Assembly: GCA_965248925.1 (NCBI GenBank)
Contig: CBDFLE010000006.1
Span: 2,080,001 to 2,144,000, forward strand
Direction of reading: 5' to 3'
Length of the DNA stretch: 64,000 nt
DNA from: Candidatus Multivoradales bacterium
GTDB taxonomy: Bacteria; Acidobacteriota; Thermoanaerobaculia; Multivoradales; J023
The number at the start of each line of letters is the position of its first letter. Position 1 is the stretch's first letter. Shown here one piece after another: positions 19,359 through 29,275 of the stretch. Below the pieces are notes generated by a model, which did no database searches, was not told the origin of the DNA, and worked only from the letters and a program-made list of their open reading frames with translations. The position numbers were made by a program, and so were the translations under genes.

Positions 19359-20477
19359 ATGAGCGACGGACCAGTTTCCTACTGGGACTACATCAAGACG
19401 GAAGAATTGCTCGCGCTACAGGGTGGAGTTGACGAGCAGGAATCCGGCCTGGTGAATGACGAGGTCATGTTCATCGTCATTCACCAGATCCAGGAGCTGT
19501 GGTTCAAGCTGGCCTTGCGCGAGGTGGTCGCGGCCCGCGATCTCTTCGCTCAAGACCATGTGCCCGAGACCGCCCTGGCGGCGGCGGTGCGCGGCATCGA
19601 TCGTACCGCCGAGACCTTGCAGCACGCGGCGAGTCACTTCTCTTTGATGGAGACCATGACCACCCGCGACTACCTCTCCTTCCGCGACCGGCTCTATCCC
19701 GCCAGTGGATTCCAATCCTCCCAGCTGCGCGAGCTAGAGATCTTGCTCGGCCTGAAGACCGAGCAGCGGATCCCCCTGGGCCATGAGTCCTACCTCGACG
19801 CTCTCAAACACCACGACGGCTCCGAATCGCCCGCCTTCCAGCGGGTCATCGCTCGCCTCGAAGACCTACCGACCCTGCACGACGCCGTCGAAGGCTGGGC
19901 CTACCGCACTCCCATCGCCGGCTCTCGCCCCGAGGACCCAGGTGATGGACAGGTGGTGAGTGATTTCATCGAGCGCTACTGCGCGGCTGCTGAACAAGAG
20001 ACCTTAGCCCTCGGCGAGCGCGCCGTTTCCTTCGCCCTGACCGCGGCGGATCAGAATCGCTTGCGCGACCGCTACCAGCGCGAAGCCAGCAGCATCCGTG
20101 TTCATCTGATGGCTGAGGAGATCGAGCCCGCCGAACGCCTGCGAATCCGCCGCGTCCGGGCAGCCCTGCTGTTCATCGAAAGCTACCGCGAACTGCCCCT
20201 GCTGGCCTGGCCAAGGGCGGTGCTCGACTCGATAGTCGCCCTCGAACAGTCCTTCCTCATCTTCCGCCAGCGCCACGCCCGCATGGTCGAGCGGGTGATC
20301 GGCAACCGCACTGGCACCGGCGGCTCCGCCGGTGTTGCCTACCTCGACCGCACCGCCCTCGAATACCGCATCTTCCGCGACCTCTGGGCCACTCGCACCC
20401 TAATGATCCGCAAGGCGGCCCTACCGCCAATCGAGGGGGTTACCGGCTACGGATTTGAAGACCCGCAGAGCAAGTGA
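19359..20477 (+). CDS. kynA: Tryptophan 2,3-dioxygenase
   Basis: 'YWDYIKTEELLALQ', 'DEVMFIVIHQIQELWFK', 'PASGFQSSQLRELE', 'RHARMVERVIGNRTGTGGSAGVAYL'. Confidence 0.92.
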   Translation: MSDGPVSYWDYIKTEELLALQGGVDEQESGLVNDEVMFIVIHQIQELWFKLALREVVAARDLFAQDHVPETALAAAVRGIDRTAETLQHAASHFSLMETMTTRDYLSFRDRLYPASGFQSSQLRELEILLGLKTEQRIPLGHESYLDALKHHDGSESPAFQRVIARLEDLPTLHDAVEGWAYRTPIAGSRPEDPGDGQVVSDFIERYCAAAEQETLALGERAVSFALTAADQNRLRDRYQREASSIRVHLMAEEIEPAERLRIRRVRAALLFIESYRELPLLAWPRAVLDSIVALEQSFLIFRQRHARMVERVIGNRTGTGGSAGVAYLDRTALEYRIFRDLWATRTLMIRKAALPPIEGVTGYGFEDPQSK

Positions 20478-20531
20478 CGCCCCTCGGCCAGCGACGAGCG
20501 GCCCCTGATTTTCGGCACTGACAGTTACCCA

Positions 20532-20578
20532 TGATGTCACTTCAGCGACTTGACGTCACCCAGTGACTGACATAGGCT
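20532..20578 (+). promoter_or_regulatory. Sigma-70 promoter TTGACG-17-TAGGCT with TGAYGTCAC repeats (probable autoregulatory operator); near-leaderless transcript
   Basis: -35 at 20550-20555 and -10 at 20573-20578; the ATG follows 9 nt later with no RBS; tgatgtcac at 20532 and tgacgtcac at 20551. Confidence 0.6.
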
Positions 20579-20587
20579 GGTTGAATC

Positions 20588-20932
20588 ATGAGCGAAATTG
20601 AACCACGGCGCCCGGCCTTCACCCTTCGTTTTCACAATGAGGCCACCCATCGGACGCTGCGTTTAACGGCCCACACCCTCGGCGTTTCGATGAATGAGCT
20701 GGCCGAAGCAGCGATCGAGCGCGAGTTACTATTCCTCGGTGCCGATCTCGAGAAAAAGCTGAAGCGCACTGCCGATCTTCTCCGCTCCTACCGAGACGAT
20801 GAGGTCGAGTCGGATATCCAGGCCTTCGCCAAGGCGGAAATCACCGAGGATGACCCCTTGCAATCGCGCCAAGCAACCCTCGAAGATTGCTACGGCATAG
20901 GGGCCTTCTTTGCCCGTTCCCTGGAACGATGA
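20588..20932 (+). CDS. Ribbon-helix-helix (HicB-like) putative antitoxin
   Basis: 'PAFTLRFHNEATHRTLRLTAHTLGVSMNELAEAAIERE'; overlaps the downstream Fic gene. Confidence 0.7.
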   Translation: MSEIEPRRPAFTLRFHNEATHRTLRLTAHTLGVSMNELAEAAIERELLFLGADLEKKLKRTADLLRSYRDDEVESDIQAFAKAEITEDDPLQSRQATLEDCYGIGAFFARSLER

Positions 20933-21551
20933 CGACCCCGCTGCTCTGAAGGTCATCACCGAGAACCTGCGCGCCATTCTCCGCCAGATCGTCCTTCAGG
21001 CTCGCCACCGCAAGCCACCCAGTGTGACTATGGCGAAGCATTGGCATCGTCAGATCTATCAGGGTGTTCAACTTCCAGTTCCCTACTACCGTGGGGAGAT
21101 CCGGAACAGCGATCCAGCCTTGCCCGAGCTATACGGCTACGAAGTCGCTATTGGCACCCGCCCGGGTGTGCCATCTCGCGATGTACCAGCACAGTTGGAG
21201 AACTTCGAAGGCTTCATGGTGCAGGCCGTCGAGAGGCTCGATCGCGGCATCCGATCTGGCGAGAAGCCCGACGGCCCGGGTGAGATTCACTCCGTGCTCA
21301 CCCTCTGTGCAATTGCCCATGGAGAGTGGGTCCGGATCCACCCTTTCGCCAATGGTAACGGCCGAACAGCCCGTTTGTGGGCCAACTGGTGCGCTCTTCG
21401 CTATGGTCTGCCGCCTTTCATTCGCTTGCGGCCACGGCCAGCTGGCGATGCCTATGGCCAGGCGGCGATAGACTCGATGCGCGGTGACCATCGGGCGATG
21501 GTTACTATATTCCTGGATCTGCTGATGTATCGCCTGGCGGCCGGAGATTGA
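20910..21551 (+). CDS. Fic family protein
   Basis: Canonical Fic motif HPFANGNGRTAR. Confidence 0.88.
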   Translation: MPVPWNDDDPAALKVITENLRAILRQIVLQARHRKPPSVTMAKHWHRQIYQGVQLPVPYYRGEIRNSDPALPELYGYEVAIGTRPGVPSRDVPAQLENFEGFMVQAVERLDRGIRSGEKPDGPGEIHSVLTLCAIAHGEWVRIHPFANGNGRTARLWANWCALRYGLPPFIRLRPRPAGDAYGQAAIDSMRGDHRAMVTIFLDLLMYRLAAGD

Positions 21552-21601
21552 GGACAAGTCAGCCGTCTTCAAAGACGAAAGTAGGACTTCCAGCTCCCCA
21601 A

Positions 21602-22257
21602 CTAGCGACGGCGCCAACCACGGAATCGTCGCCGACCACCGACGACCAGGACCCCAAGCAGCGTGGCTAGGGAAATTCCATAGCCCAGCTTCATCGCCCA
21701 GGTCCGTCGGTAGCGGAGAATCATCTCTCCATTGCCAACACCGATCATCGAACCCAGAGCATCGTAGAGCGGTAGCCGCTCACCCCAGTCTCCCTCCTGA
21801 ACCAGCTCGAACCCCGGAAAGTAGCTCAGCTTGATGCGGAACAACACCGGTTCTTCGGCCGCGACCCGCAACGCGTAGGTGGCCTTACCGATCTTGCGAA
21901 AAGAAACCTGCACCGTGTCTGGGGCAGGATCAAACTCCTGCCGTGGGCGCTGATCCACCTCATCCCGCAACCGCTCGTAGCTGTCCTCGAGCAAGAAGAT
22001 CTCAGGACTCGTGACATCCCCGTGGCAGGCTTCGAGAACCGCTGTCATCGGACGGACAAAGAATTCACGCTCCTCTTCTTCGATCGACCGCAGGTCCGAC
22101 AATGCCAGGGTCTCGATAGTCCGGTTGCTCATCGTCCGACCACCACCTGGGCGAGGACTAAGGACATAAAGATCGTACACCCGCCCCGCTACCGATCCGC
22201 TCGCTTGCCGAGTGAGGTCGAAGGCCGGGGTCCCACCCCCCAGCAGCTCATCGAAAC
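21602..22257 (-). pseudogene. C-terminal remnant of a YfhO-like membrane protein, truncated at the ISL3 end
   Basis: Frame is open from the IS boundary; 'IKLSYFPGF...MILRYRRTWAMKLGYGISLATLL' resembles YfhO-type C-termini. Confidence 0.55.
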
Positions 22258-23368
22258 GGCGCTACGACACTTTGAGTGGGTAGCGTTCACCGCCCGAGGC
22301 ATTCCGAGTAGAGATCAAGACCCCCGAGATGGAAGTAGATCGCGTTACGAAAGCGCTCCCGGTTACGGAATCCCCTGGCCGTGTACTTGACCCACTGGAT
22401 CTTCGCATTGATACCTTCGGAACGAGCAATCGTGACGTATTGGACAATGGCGGTGAGGATACCCTCCAGGTGGCGTTTTACCATCCTGGCAACCTTCTTG
22501 ATGGGTTCAAGCTGGGAGCGGATCGCCCAGGCGTACCTCTTGTTCCAGGCTTTGCGAGCATTGCCTCGGTAAGTGTAGTGCCACAGACTCATTGCGAGTT
22601 CTTTGATCGCCCATGCGCGGGCGGTCTTGAGGCTGCTTTCGCGCAGCTCCTCGAATCCCGCCCAGCGCTCAGCGCTCATGTTTCCAGGGTTCTGGAGCCA
22701 GAGGTACTTGCTGCCCTTCAGGAACTCATCACCTTGGCTGATGAGAATCTTGTTCTCCTGTCGGCGGATCTTGTCCACCGCCTTGGACAGGTGCTGGGCC
22801 ACATGGAACTTGTCGAAGGCGATCTTTGTCTCGGCCCCAGGAATGTACTGCTCGGTCGAGCCGATGTACGCTGGCCACATGTCCATCGAGACGGACTCGA
22901 CGGCCTCTCTGTCCTCTTCGTCGAATGCTTTGTAGAAGTCGTCGAGGCAGTCTCGGCCCCGACCGTCGGCCACATGAATGACGACACCTTGCTGCTGGTC
23001 ACAGACCACGGTCACGTACTCATGGCGCTTCTGGAAGGAGGTCTCATCCACACCGAGACGCTGAGGGAGTTTGCGCTCTCGCCGAGCCAGACCTCTGGCT
23101 ACTGCTCGGGGGTACTGGCAGGTATCCAGATGCCGCCAGCGACGGGAGCGGGTGTCGTCGCCGCTGCACGGCTTGCCGCATTCAGGACAGGGTGGGCGCT
23201 TCTCGCCGTTGATCAGATGCACCAAGACTTCACCCTCTTCCAAGGCCAGGTCTACTTCAGTGACACGCCACGGCGATTCGATGCCCAGGATCTTCGCGTA
23301 CAGGTCTTTGTCTCGCATCCAGACAGCCTTTCCGCTGGTCCATGGCCCACACAAGATACGGTAGAGCC
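22258..23368 (-). mobile_element. ISL3 family insertion sequence, internally deleted, no target-site duplication
   Basis: Imperfect terminal inverted repeats ggcgctacgacactttgagtggg (22258) and ggctctaccgtatcttgtgtggg (reverse complement of 23346-23368); the flanks atcgaaac and aaatcatc differ. Confidence 0.85.
22287..23318 (-). CDS. ISL3 transposase, probably non-functional (in-frame internal deletion)
   Basis: 'CPECG...RRWRHLD', 'LGVDETSF', 'SMDMWPAY', 'FDKFHV', 'SEGINAKIQ...ARGFRN'; the segment between the zinc finger and the DDE domain appears to be missing. Confidence 0.85.
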   Translation of the reverse strand: MRDKDLYAKILGIESPWRVTEVDLALEEGEVLVHLINGEKRPPCPECGKPCSGDDTRSRRWRHLDTCQYPRAVARGLARRERKLPQRLGVDETSFQKRHEYVTVVCDQQQGVVIHVADGRGRDCLDDFYKAFDEEDREAVESVSMDMWPAYIGSTEQYIPGAETKIAFDKFHVAQHLSKAVDKIRRQENKILISQGDEFLKGSKYLWLQNPGNMSAERWAGFEELRESSLKTARAWAIKELAMSLWHYTYRGNARKAWNKRYAWAIRSQLEPIKKVARMVKRHLEGILTAIVQYVTIARSEGINAKIQWVKYTARGFRNRERFRNAIYFHLGGLDLYSECLGR

Positions 23369-23440
23369 AAATCATCAAGCCACATTGGCCAACAGGGAAA
23401 ACACTGCTAAAGAGAAGAGATCACTGCAAAGTATTGACCA

Positions 23441-24590
23441 CTAGACTGTGTTGCTGGCCGCGACTCGCAAATCCTGGTCGCGGGCTTCGGTTCCGTTGAC
23501 CACCATGGCGATCAGGATCCAGCAACAGCAGGCAAGGGATGCTACCAGCTGGGTGTAGTCGAATAGCGATTGCACCCAAGTTGCTAGCAGAGCCAAATAA
23601 GCGCCCGCCAGGAGCGAACGACGCAGCAACAACACTCGACCGTGATGCAGCACCCGGAAAAACACCATCAGCAGCAAGCCGGTGGCCGCCAATCCCTGTT
23701 CCGCGGCAACTTGCAGCATCATGTTATGAGCATGCTCGTGGGGCTCGCGGGGAACTATCCAGTCCGGGTAGTAGAGATGCAGGTCGCGAAAGAAGCTACC
23801 GAGGCCGATACCGGTAACCGGCTCGGCAGGTTTGCCGGCGACGGCCGCGACCCAGACCAGCGGTTGGCCGAAGAGCAAAAACCCGGCGAGCACATTGGAT
23901 CCGGTAAACAGTCCAACGGCCCGTTCGACACTATAGATAGCCTCGGTTCCACCGCGCAAGAAGGATGCAATTCCCGCGACCGCCGCCAAACCCAGGGAAC
24001 AGACCATCGCCAAGACGGCCCATTCTGCCCCTCGACCCCGCAGCCGATGGCGGGCAAAAGCATAGCAGAGCAGGGCTTCGAGCCAAGTCAACAAGGGTCG
24101 TAAGCCCTCCTCTCGCAGCGGCCCTAGCCAACAAAACGACACCTGGCCACCGTTGAAAAAAAAGGTCTGGTGGCCAATGCCACGGGCCATTCCAGGGACG
24201 CAGGATAAGCGCCGAAACACAGCTGGCCACGGTCAGACCAAACAACACCAACAATAGGCGGTCTTCGACACTCCACCGCCAGCCCGGCTCCTGGTGCCAA
24301 AACTGCCGGGCGAGCCAGATGAGCAAAAGCAGCAGTAAGAACGCTTCGAAAACCGGCGCCGATACATATAACGACGAACGGCGAAAGGGCAGAACCAGCA
24401 GTGGCAGAACCGCCAGCAAGCCAACGAAGGCCCGCGTTTCGTCGATCAACACCCGGCCCAAGAACCCGACGAGGGCGATCCCCAGCCACCCGTTGATCCT
24501 CGGCGCCAGCAGCGACCAGAGGGCCAGAGCACAGAATACCCACGCCAAGCCCCAGCCCAGCCTCTCAAAGAAATTGCGAAATCTACTCAC
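23441..24590 (-). pseudogene. O-antigen ligase/Wzy-like membrane protein, frameshifted
   Basis: Two overlapping hydrophobic ORFs (23931-24590 and 23441-24220); 'GIGLGSF...HEHAHNMMLQVAAEQGL' motif; an A8 run near 24156. Confidence 0.7.
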
Positions 24591-24681
24591 CTGCCTTCCA
24601 AGCGGAGTGGAGTCTTCAACGGTTAGCGATCCAGCCGATAAACTAGGCAGCAGCTCGACCGCCCGTGACCATCGACAGTGG

Positions 24682-24724
24682 CATGACGACGGTCATACAG
24701 CCCGCAGCAACTCCTGGTTATTCT
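24682..24724 (+). promoter_or_regulatory. CRP/FNR-family box (cATGAC-gacg-GTCATa) with a -10 element TATTCT
   Basis: Palindrome at 24683-24696; -10 at 24719-24724, 29.5 bp from the box centre. Confidence 0.65.
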
Positions 24725-24737
24725 CGGAGATCCTGAC

Positions 24738-26171
24738 ATGACAGATGGCGCCCCACTCCTCGAGCGGCTATTCACCCTCGATTTCTCCGAACAGTCCTAT
24801 CCCATCGAGAGAATCGACGGTCAGGTGCCGGACTTCGTCCGCGGCACTTACTACGTCAACGGCCCAGCCCGCTTCGGCCGTGGTGAGCTGCGCTACCGCC
24901 ACTGGCTCGATGGCGACGGCATGGTGGCGGCGCTGGCCTTCAGCGAGGGCGGCGTGCGCTTCACCAATCGCTTCGTCCGTGGTACCAAGCTAGTGCAAGA
25001 AGAGGAGGCTGGACGAGCGCTCTACCGGACCTTCGGCACCGCTTTCACCGGCGACCGGCTCAAGCACGGTGTCGGTATCGAATCGCCACTCAACGTCAGC
25101 ATCTGGAAATTCGCCGGCAAGCTGCTAGCCTTCGGCGAACAGGGGCTGCCGTACGAGATCGATCCCGTCACTCTCGAGACCCTTGGCGAGTACACCTTCG
25201 GCGGACGGCTCAACGGCATCAGCCCATTCTCCGCCCATCCCTGCTTTGACGATTCGAGCGGCGAGATGTTCAATTTCGGCATCTCCTTCTCGGCCATGCA
25301 CCCGCTGATCAACCTCTACCGCTTTGCCGCCGACGGCCAGATGATCTACCGACGGCGGCTGCCCATCCCCTATCCCTGCTCGGTCCACGACTTCTGCCTC
25401 AGCCCTCGCTACGCGGTGGTCTACCTGAGTCCACATCTGCTCGACATGGAAGCCATCAGGGACGACGGCAAGACCATCATGGAAGCTCTCGACTGGCAGC
25501 CCGAGCGCGGTAGCCAGCTGCTCATAGCCAGCCGCGAAACCGGCGAGACGGTCGCCTCGGTCGAACTCGGCTCGCGTTACTGCCTGCACCTGATCAACAG
25601 CTTCGAAGAAGGCGGGCGACTGACCGTCGACGTGGTCGAACTCGACCGGCCGGTCTACGATCAATACCAAGTGATCCCCAACCTCTTCACCGACCTCCTG
25701 GCCGGGCGACCGGTGCGTTACGTCATCGACCCAGCAACTTGGAAAGTCCTGGAGACTCGCGAACTCAAATACGACCGCGAGCCCGACTTCCCGGCCATCG
25801 ACCCCCGCCACTGGGCCCAGCCCTACGACCACTTCTGGATGCTCGGCATGTCCAAAGCCGGCCAGCGGGGACGCAAGTTCTTCGACCAATTGGTGCATCT
25901 CAGCTGGTCCCAAGAGAGCACTAGCGATATCTACCAGGCCCCTGCCGGCCACTACCTTGGATGCGAACCGATCTTCATTGCTGATCCTGAAGATCCCACT
26001 GGTGGCCTGGTGATCTGCAAGCAGTTCGACGCCGAGAGGCTGCGGGATGCCTTCCTGCTCTTCGATGCCCACAACGTCGCCGCTGGCCCGGTGGCGACCC
26101 TGCACCTCAAGGAACCGACCCCGCCGGGGTTTCATGCTTTATTTCACCCGGCAGGGGCGAGTGATGGGTAG
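24738..26171 (+). CDS. Carotenoid oxygenase/RPE65 family dioxygenase (lignostilbene/apocarotenoid-cleaving type)
   Basis: 'GTYYVNGP', 'HWLDGDGMV', and four Fe-ligand His in 'SAHP', 'SVHDF', 'LHLINSFE', 'GFHALF'. Confidence 0.9.
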   Translation: MTDGAPLLERLFTLDFSEQSYPIERIDGQVPDFVRGTYYVNGPARFGRGELRYRHWLDGDGMVAALAFSEGGVRFTNRFVRGTKLVQEEEAGRALYRTFGTAFTGDRLKHGVGIESPLNVSIWKFAGKLLAFGEQGLPYEIDPVTLETLGEYTFGGRLNGISPFSAHPCFDDSSGEMFNFGISFSAMHPLINLYRFAADGQMIYRRRLPIPYPCSVHDFCLSPRYAVVYLSPHLLDMEAIRDDGKTIMEALDWQPERGSQLLIASRETGETVASVELGSRYCLHLINSFEEGGRLTVDVVELDRPVYDQYQVIPNLFTDLLAGRPVRYVIDPATWKVLETRELKYDREPDFPAIDPRHWAQPYDHFWMLGMSKAGQRGRKFFDQLVHLSWSQESTSDIYQAPAGHYLGCEPIFIADPEDPTGGLVICKQFDAERLRDAFLLFDAHNVAAGPVATLHLKEPTPPGFHALFHPAGASDG

Positions 26172-26287
26172 AGGCGATCTTGATAAATTGCCATCAAAAG
26201 TTTAAGGAGACTTTAGGCTAGCTCACAGTGCTAGCGCTCAAGTTCAGCCACTTGCCAAGGACAGGTTCCGTTACCGACTCATGCCGA

Positions 26288-27436
26288 TCAGATTTCCCCG
26301 GGAAGGTTCCTTGAGATCAACACTTGCATGATTTGGCTACTGCCTTCGATAATCTCCATCGCCCTGGAGTCGCGCAGATAGCGGGCCACCGGATAATCGG
26401 CGGAGAGACCGTTGGCACCGTGCAGCTGCACCGCCGCCGCCGCCGCCGCCGTACAGGTTCGGGAGGCAAAATATTTGGCTATCTGGATTTCTCCAGTGGC
26501 GCCCGGATCGCCAAGCTGCCGCAGATAGCCGGCCCGGTAGCACAGCAGGCGGGCGGCACGGGTGCTGACCACCATCTCGGTGAGCTTTCGCTGGACCAGT
26601 TGATGCTCGCTCAGCAGCTTGCCGAACTGCTGCCGCTCAGAGGTGTAGTCGAGACTGGCGTCGAGGCTGGCCTGGGCGATCCCAACCGACCCCCAAGCGA
26701 CGCTGTAGCGACCCAGGTCGAGACCAGCGGAGGCCACATGGGAAAAGCCGAAGCCCGGCCTCCCGACCATATTCTCGCGTGGAATGCGGCAACCATCGAA
26801 GGTGAGTTCGGCCAGCATGGAGGCCGCTGTACCCATCAGGCCATGGATCGGCTGGCGCGAGAAACCGGCGGCGTCGGCAGGCACCAGAAAGGCCGCGGGG
26901 CCCTCCTCACACTGCGCCAGCACCAAGATGATGTCGGCCACCTGACCATAGGTGATCCACTTCTTACGCCCATCAAGGATCACTTCATCACCCTCAAACC
27001 GAGCCCGCGTCGTGATGTGGCGAGCATCGCTACCCACCTCGGGCTCGGTGAGGGCAAAGGCTCCGAGAAGCTCGGCGCTGGCCATCCTGGGTAGCACCGT
27101 CTCCTTGAGGTGTTTGCTGCCCCAGCGAAAGACGCAGAAGGTCGTCATGTCATGCACGGTCAGCAACGAGCGGACCGACGAACAGGCGCGACCGATCTCC
27201 TCTGTCAGAATGCCGTAGGTGATCGCATCCAAGCCGCCCCCGCCTACCTCCTCGGGGAAAGGCGTGCCGAGGTAACCCCGCTGGACCAGCTTGCGAACGA
27301 ACTCGCTGGGCACTTTCTCTTGCCGCTCCCAAAGTCCGGCATGAGGAGCGACTTCCGCCGCCGCGAAGCGTCTGAATTCCTCTCTCTTGGCGACCTGCTC
27401 GGCCGACAGTTCAATACGTATGCCCTCTTCGTTCAT
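26288..27436 (-). CDS. Acyl-CoA/acyl-ACP dehydrogenase
   Basis: 'FALTEPEVGSDA', 'GRKKWIT', 'RQQFGK', 'AVQLHGANG', 'EIIEGSSQI'. Confidence 0.92.
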   Translation of the reverse strand: MNEEGIRIELSAEQVAKREEFRRFAAAEVAPHAGLWERQEKVPSEFVRKLVQRGYLGTPFPEEVGGGGLDAITYGILTEEIGRACSSVRSLLTVHDMTTFCVFRWGSKHLKETVLPRMASAELLGAFALTEPEVGSDARHITTRARFEGDEVILDGRKKWITYGQVADIILVLAQCEEGPAAFLVPADAAGFSRQPIHGLMGTAASMLAELTFDGCRIPRENMVGRPGFGFSHVASAGLDLGRYSVAWGSVGIAQASLDASLDYTSERQQFGKLLSEHQLVQRKLTEMVVSTRAARLLCYRAGYLRQLGDPGATGEIQIAKYFASRTCTAAAAAAVQLHGANGLSADYPVARYLRDSRAMEIIEGSSQIMQVLISRNLPGEI

Positions 27437-27836
27437 TGTGTTGTCTCCTAGTTGTGAAAAGGACTCGTCTTTCGCCTCATCTCATCCAAGTCTACAGCTT
27501 TCCAGAGCCGCCGGGTGCCGCGGCCAAGTTACCCCGAGCTTGCTGCACACTTGACCAAAGCGCGGGAGAGCACCCAGAGGATCCCCGGCCGGCGCGGGTC
27601 GTTCCACCCGGTCTTGTTCGGGCGACGAGCCACCTTAGACTTGGGTGTGGAGGGCCGTCTCGGGTGACTTCCGTCCTTGCAGAAAGTCGCAGCCTCCTGC
27701 CTGACCATCTGCAGGATTTGGGAGACTTCTCCTGTGTCGGCATCTGACGCTGCTGAAGAACCCGTTGGTGCTCGGCAACTCTTTGGGCCTGCACGAAGCC
27801 GCACTGGGCACACCAGTCGACCTTCGGTTGGAGCCG

Positions 27837-27879
27837 CATGACAACGGTCATAGTGCACATCCTGGCGACTGGATAGGCT
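27837..27879 (+). promoter_or_regulatory. CRP/FNR-family box (cATGAC-aacg-GTCATa) with a -10 element TAGGCT, upstream of the porin gene
   Basis: Palindrome at 27838-27851; -10 at 27874-27879, 29.5 bp from the box centre. Confidence 0.6.
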
Positions 27880-28039
27880 AATTCGCAGATCATTTCGGGC
27901 CAGTAGTTCCCGGTGACGGAGTTGACCCATCGAGATGCACTGTGCTGCGAGCCCTGCTCGCCCTGTGTAGTCGCCAAGACGTACCGCTGATCGAATCTCT
28001 TCAGCTCCGAATAGTCTTTAAGATGAACCGGCCGGGCAA

Positions 28040-29182
28040 ATGAAGAAAGCCAAGCGTCGCAACCTCACGCGGGTGCTCTCGGCGATGGCGCTGGGTGCAC
28101 TGCTCGCCCAGGCCAGTCAGGGGGCAATCTTCTCCCGCGAAAGGCTGAGGATCCTCGGCGACTTCCGCACCAGGTTGGAAAGTGATTTCGACTCCCAGCG
28201 GGCTGACGGCAGGGCACGGGAAGATCGCACCCGCCTGCGGGTTCGGGCCCGGCTGGGACTCGATTACGCTGCCAGCGATCGCTGGTCATTCGCCCTTCGC
28301 TGGCGCTCTGGAACCGCCGACAGCCATCAATCGCCACACATCACAGTGCTCGACTTCGACCACAACGACACCGGCGACGCTGATTTCAACCTCGACCGCT
28401 GGTACCTGAAGCGGCAGGGAAAGAAAGCTTGGGCCTGGATCGGACGCAACAATTTGCCCTTCTGGAAGCAGAACGAACTCTTCTGGGATAGCGATGTCAC
28501 CCCCGCCGGCCTCGGTTTCGGTTTCGAGACCACCGTCGGTAACAGCCAGAATCTCGCTCTCAATGCCGGTTATTTCTCACTACCGGTGGGCCTGCGCGAT
28601 TTTGCCGGCAACCTGGGCGTCGCGCAGCTGGTGTACGCATCGAGTCGTCTGACCGCCGCGGGGAGCCTGTTGTTGTTCGACGCCAATAGCGGTGACGCGA
28701 ATGCCGCCAGGCTGCTGCGCGGCAATGGCCTCCGCGACTACACTCTCTGGGTAGGATGTCTGCAGTTAAAGCTCAAAGCCGGCAGCCGACAGCTCACCCT
28801 GGGAATCGACGGGGTATACAACAGCAAAGACTACTCGGCCGCCGATACCGATCCGATAACCGCTGCCAACCATGACCAGACCACCGGCTTCGTCCTTTCG
28901 GCCAAGCTCGGCGGCACTCGCGAACAAGGGGATTGGCTGGCGGCGTATTACTACGCCGAAATCGAAGCCCTGGCGGTCAATGCCTCTTTCTCCCAGGACG
29001 ACTGGCTGCGCTGGGGCTCCGCCAACGAGACCCGATCGAGTGATTTCAACGGTCACGAGCTGCGCTTTGCCTACGCCCTGGAGAAAAACGTCAAGTTGGT
29101 TGCTCGACTCTACTTGGTGGAAGCCATCACTAGCAGCGAAGACGGTGGTCGCTTTCGGCTGGATCTCAACTACACTTTCTAA
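28040..29182 (+). CDS. Putative outer-membrane beta-barrel porin
   Basis: Signal peptide; 'GDFRTRLE...RTRLRVRARLG', 'LFWDSDVTPAG'; C-terminal beta-signal 'RFRLDLNYTF'. Confidence 0.8.
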   Translation: MKKAKRRNLTRVLSAMALGALLAQASQGAIFSRERLRILGDFRTRLESDFDSQRADGRAREDRTRLRVRARLGLDYAASDRWSFALRWRSGTADSHQSPHITVLDFDHNDTGDADFNLDRWYLKRQGKKAWAWIGRNNLPFWKQNELFWDSDVTPAGLGFGFETTVGNSQNLALNAGYFSLPVGLRDFAGNLGVAQLVYASSRLTAAGSLLLFDANSGDANAARLLRGNGLRDYTLWVGCLQLKLKAGSRQLTLGIDGVYNSKDYSAADTDPITAANHDQTTGFVLSAKLGGTREQGDWLAAYYYAEIEALAVNASFSQDDWLRWGSANETRSSDFNGHELRFAYALEKNVKLVARLYLVEAITSSEDGGRFRLDLNYTF

Positions 29183-29275
29183 GGAGCAAAAAACGCCTAT
29201 CGCTCCGCTCTCGACCGTTGTCTCTTCTCCTTTGAAGTGGTGCGGGTCCCTAGGCTTTCTTGATAGTGTGAATTC

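Noticed and set aside
27492-27977. 161-aa minus-strand ORF with a CAQC motif
   Set aside because: No family resemblance, atypical composition, and it overlaps the predicted porin promoter; probably non-coding.
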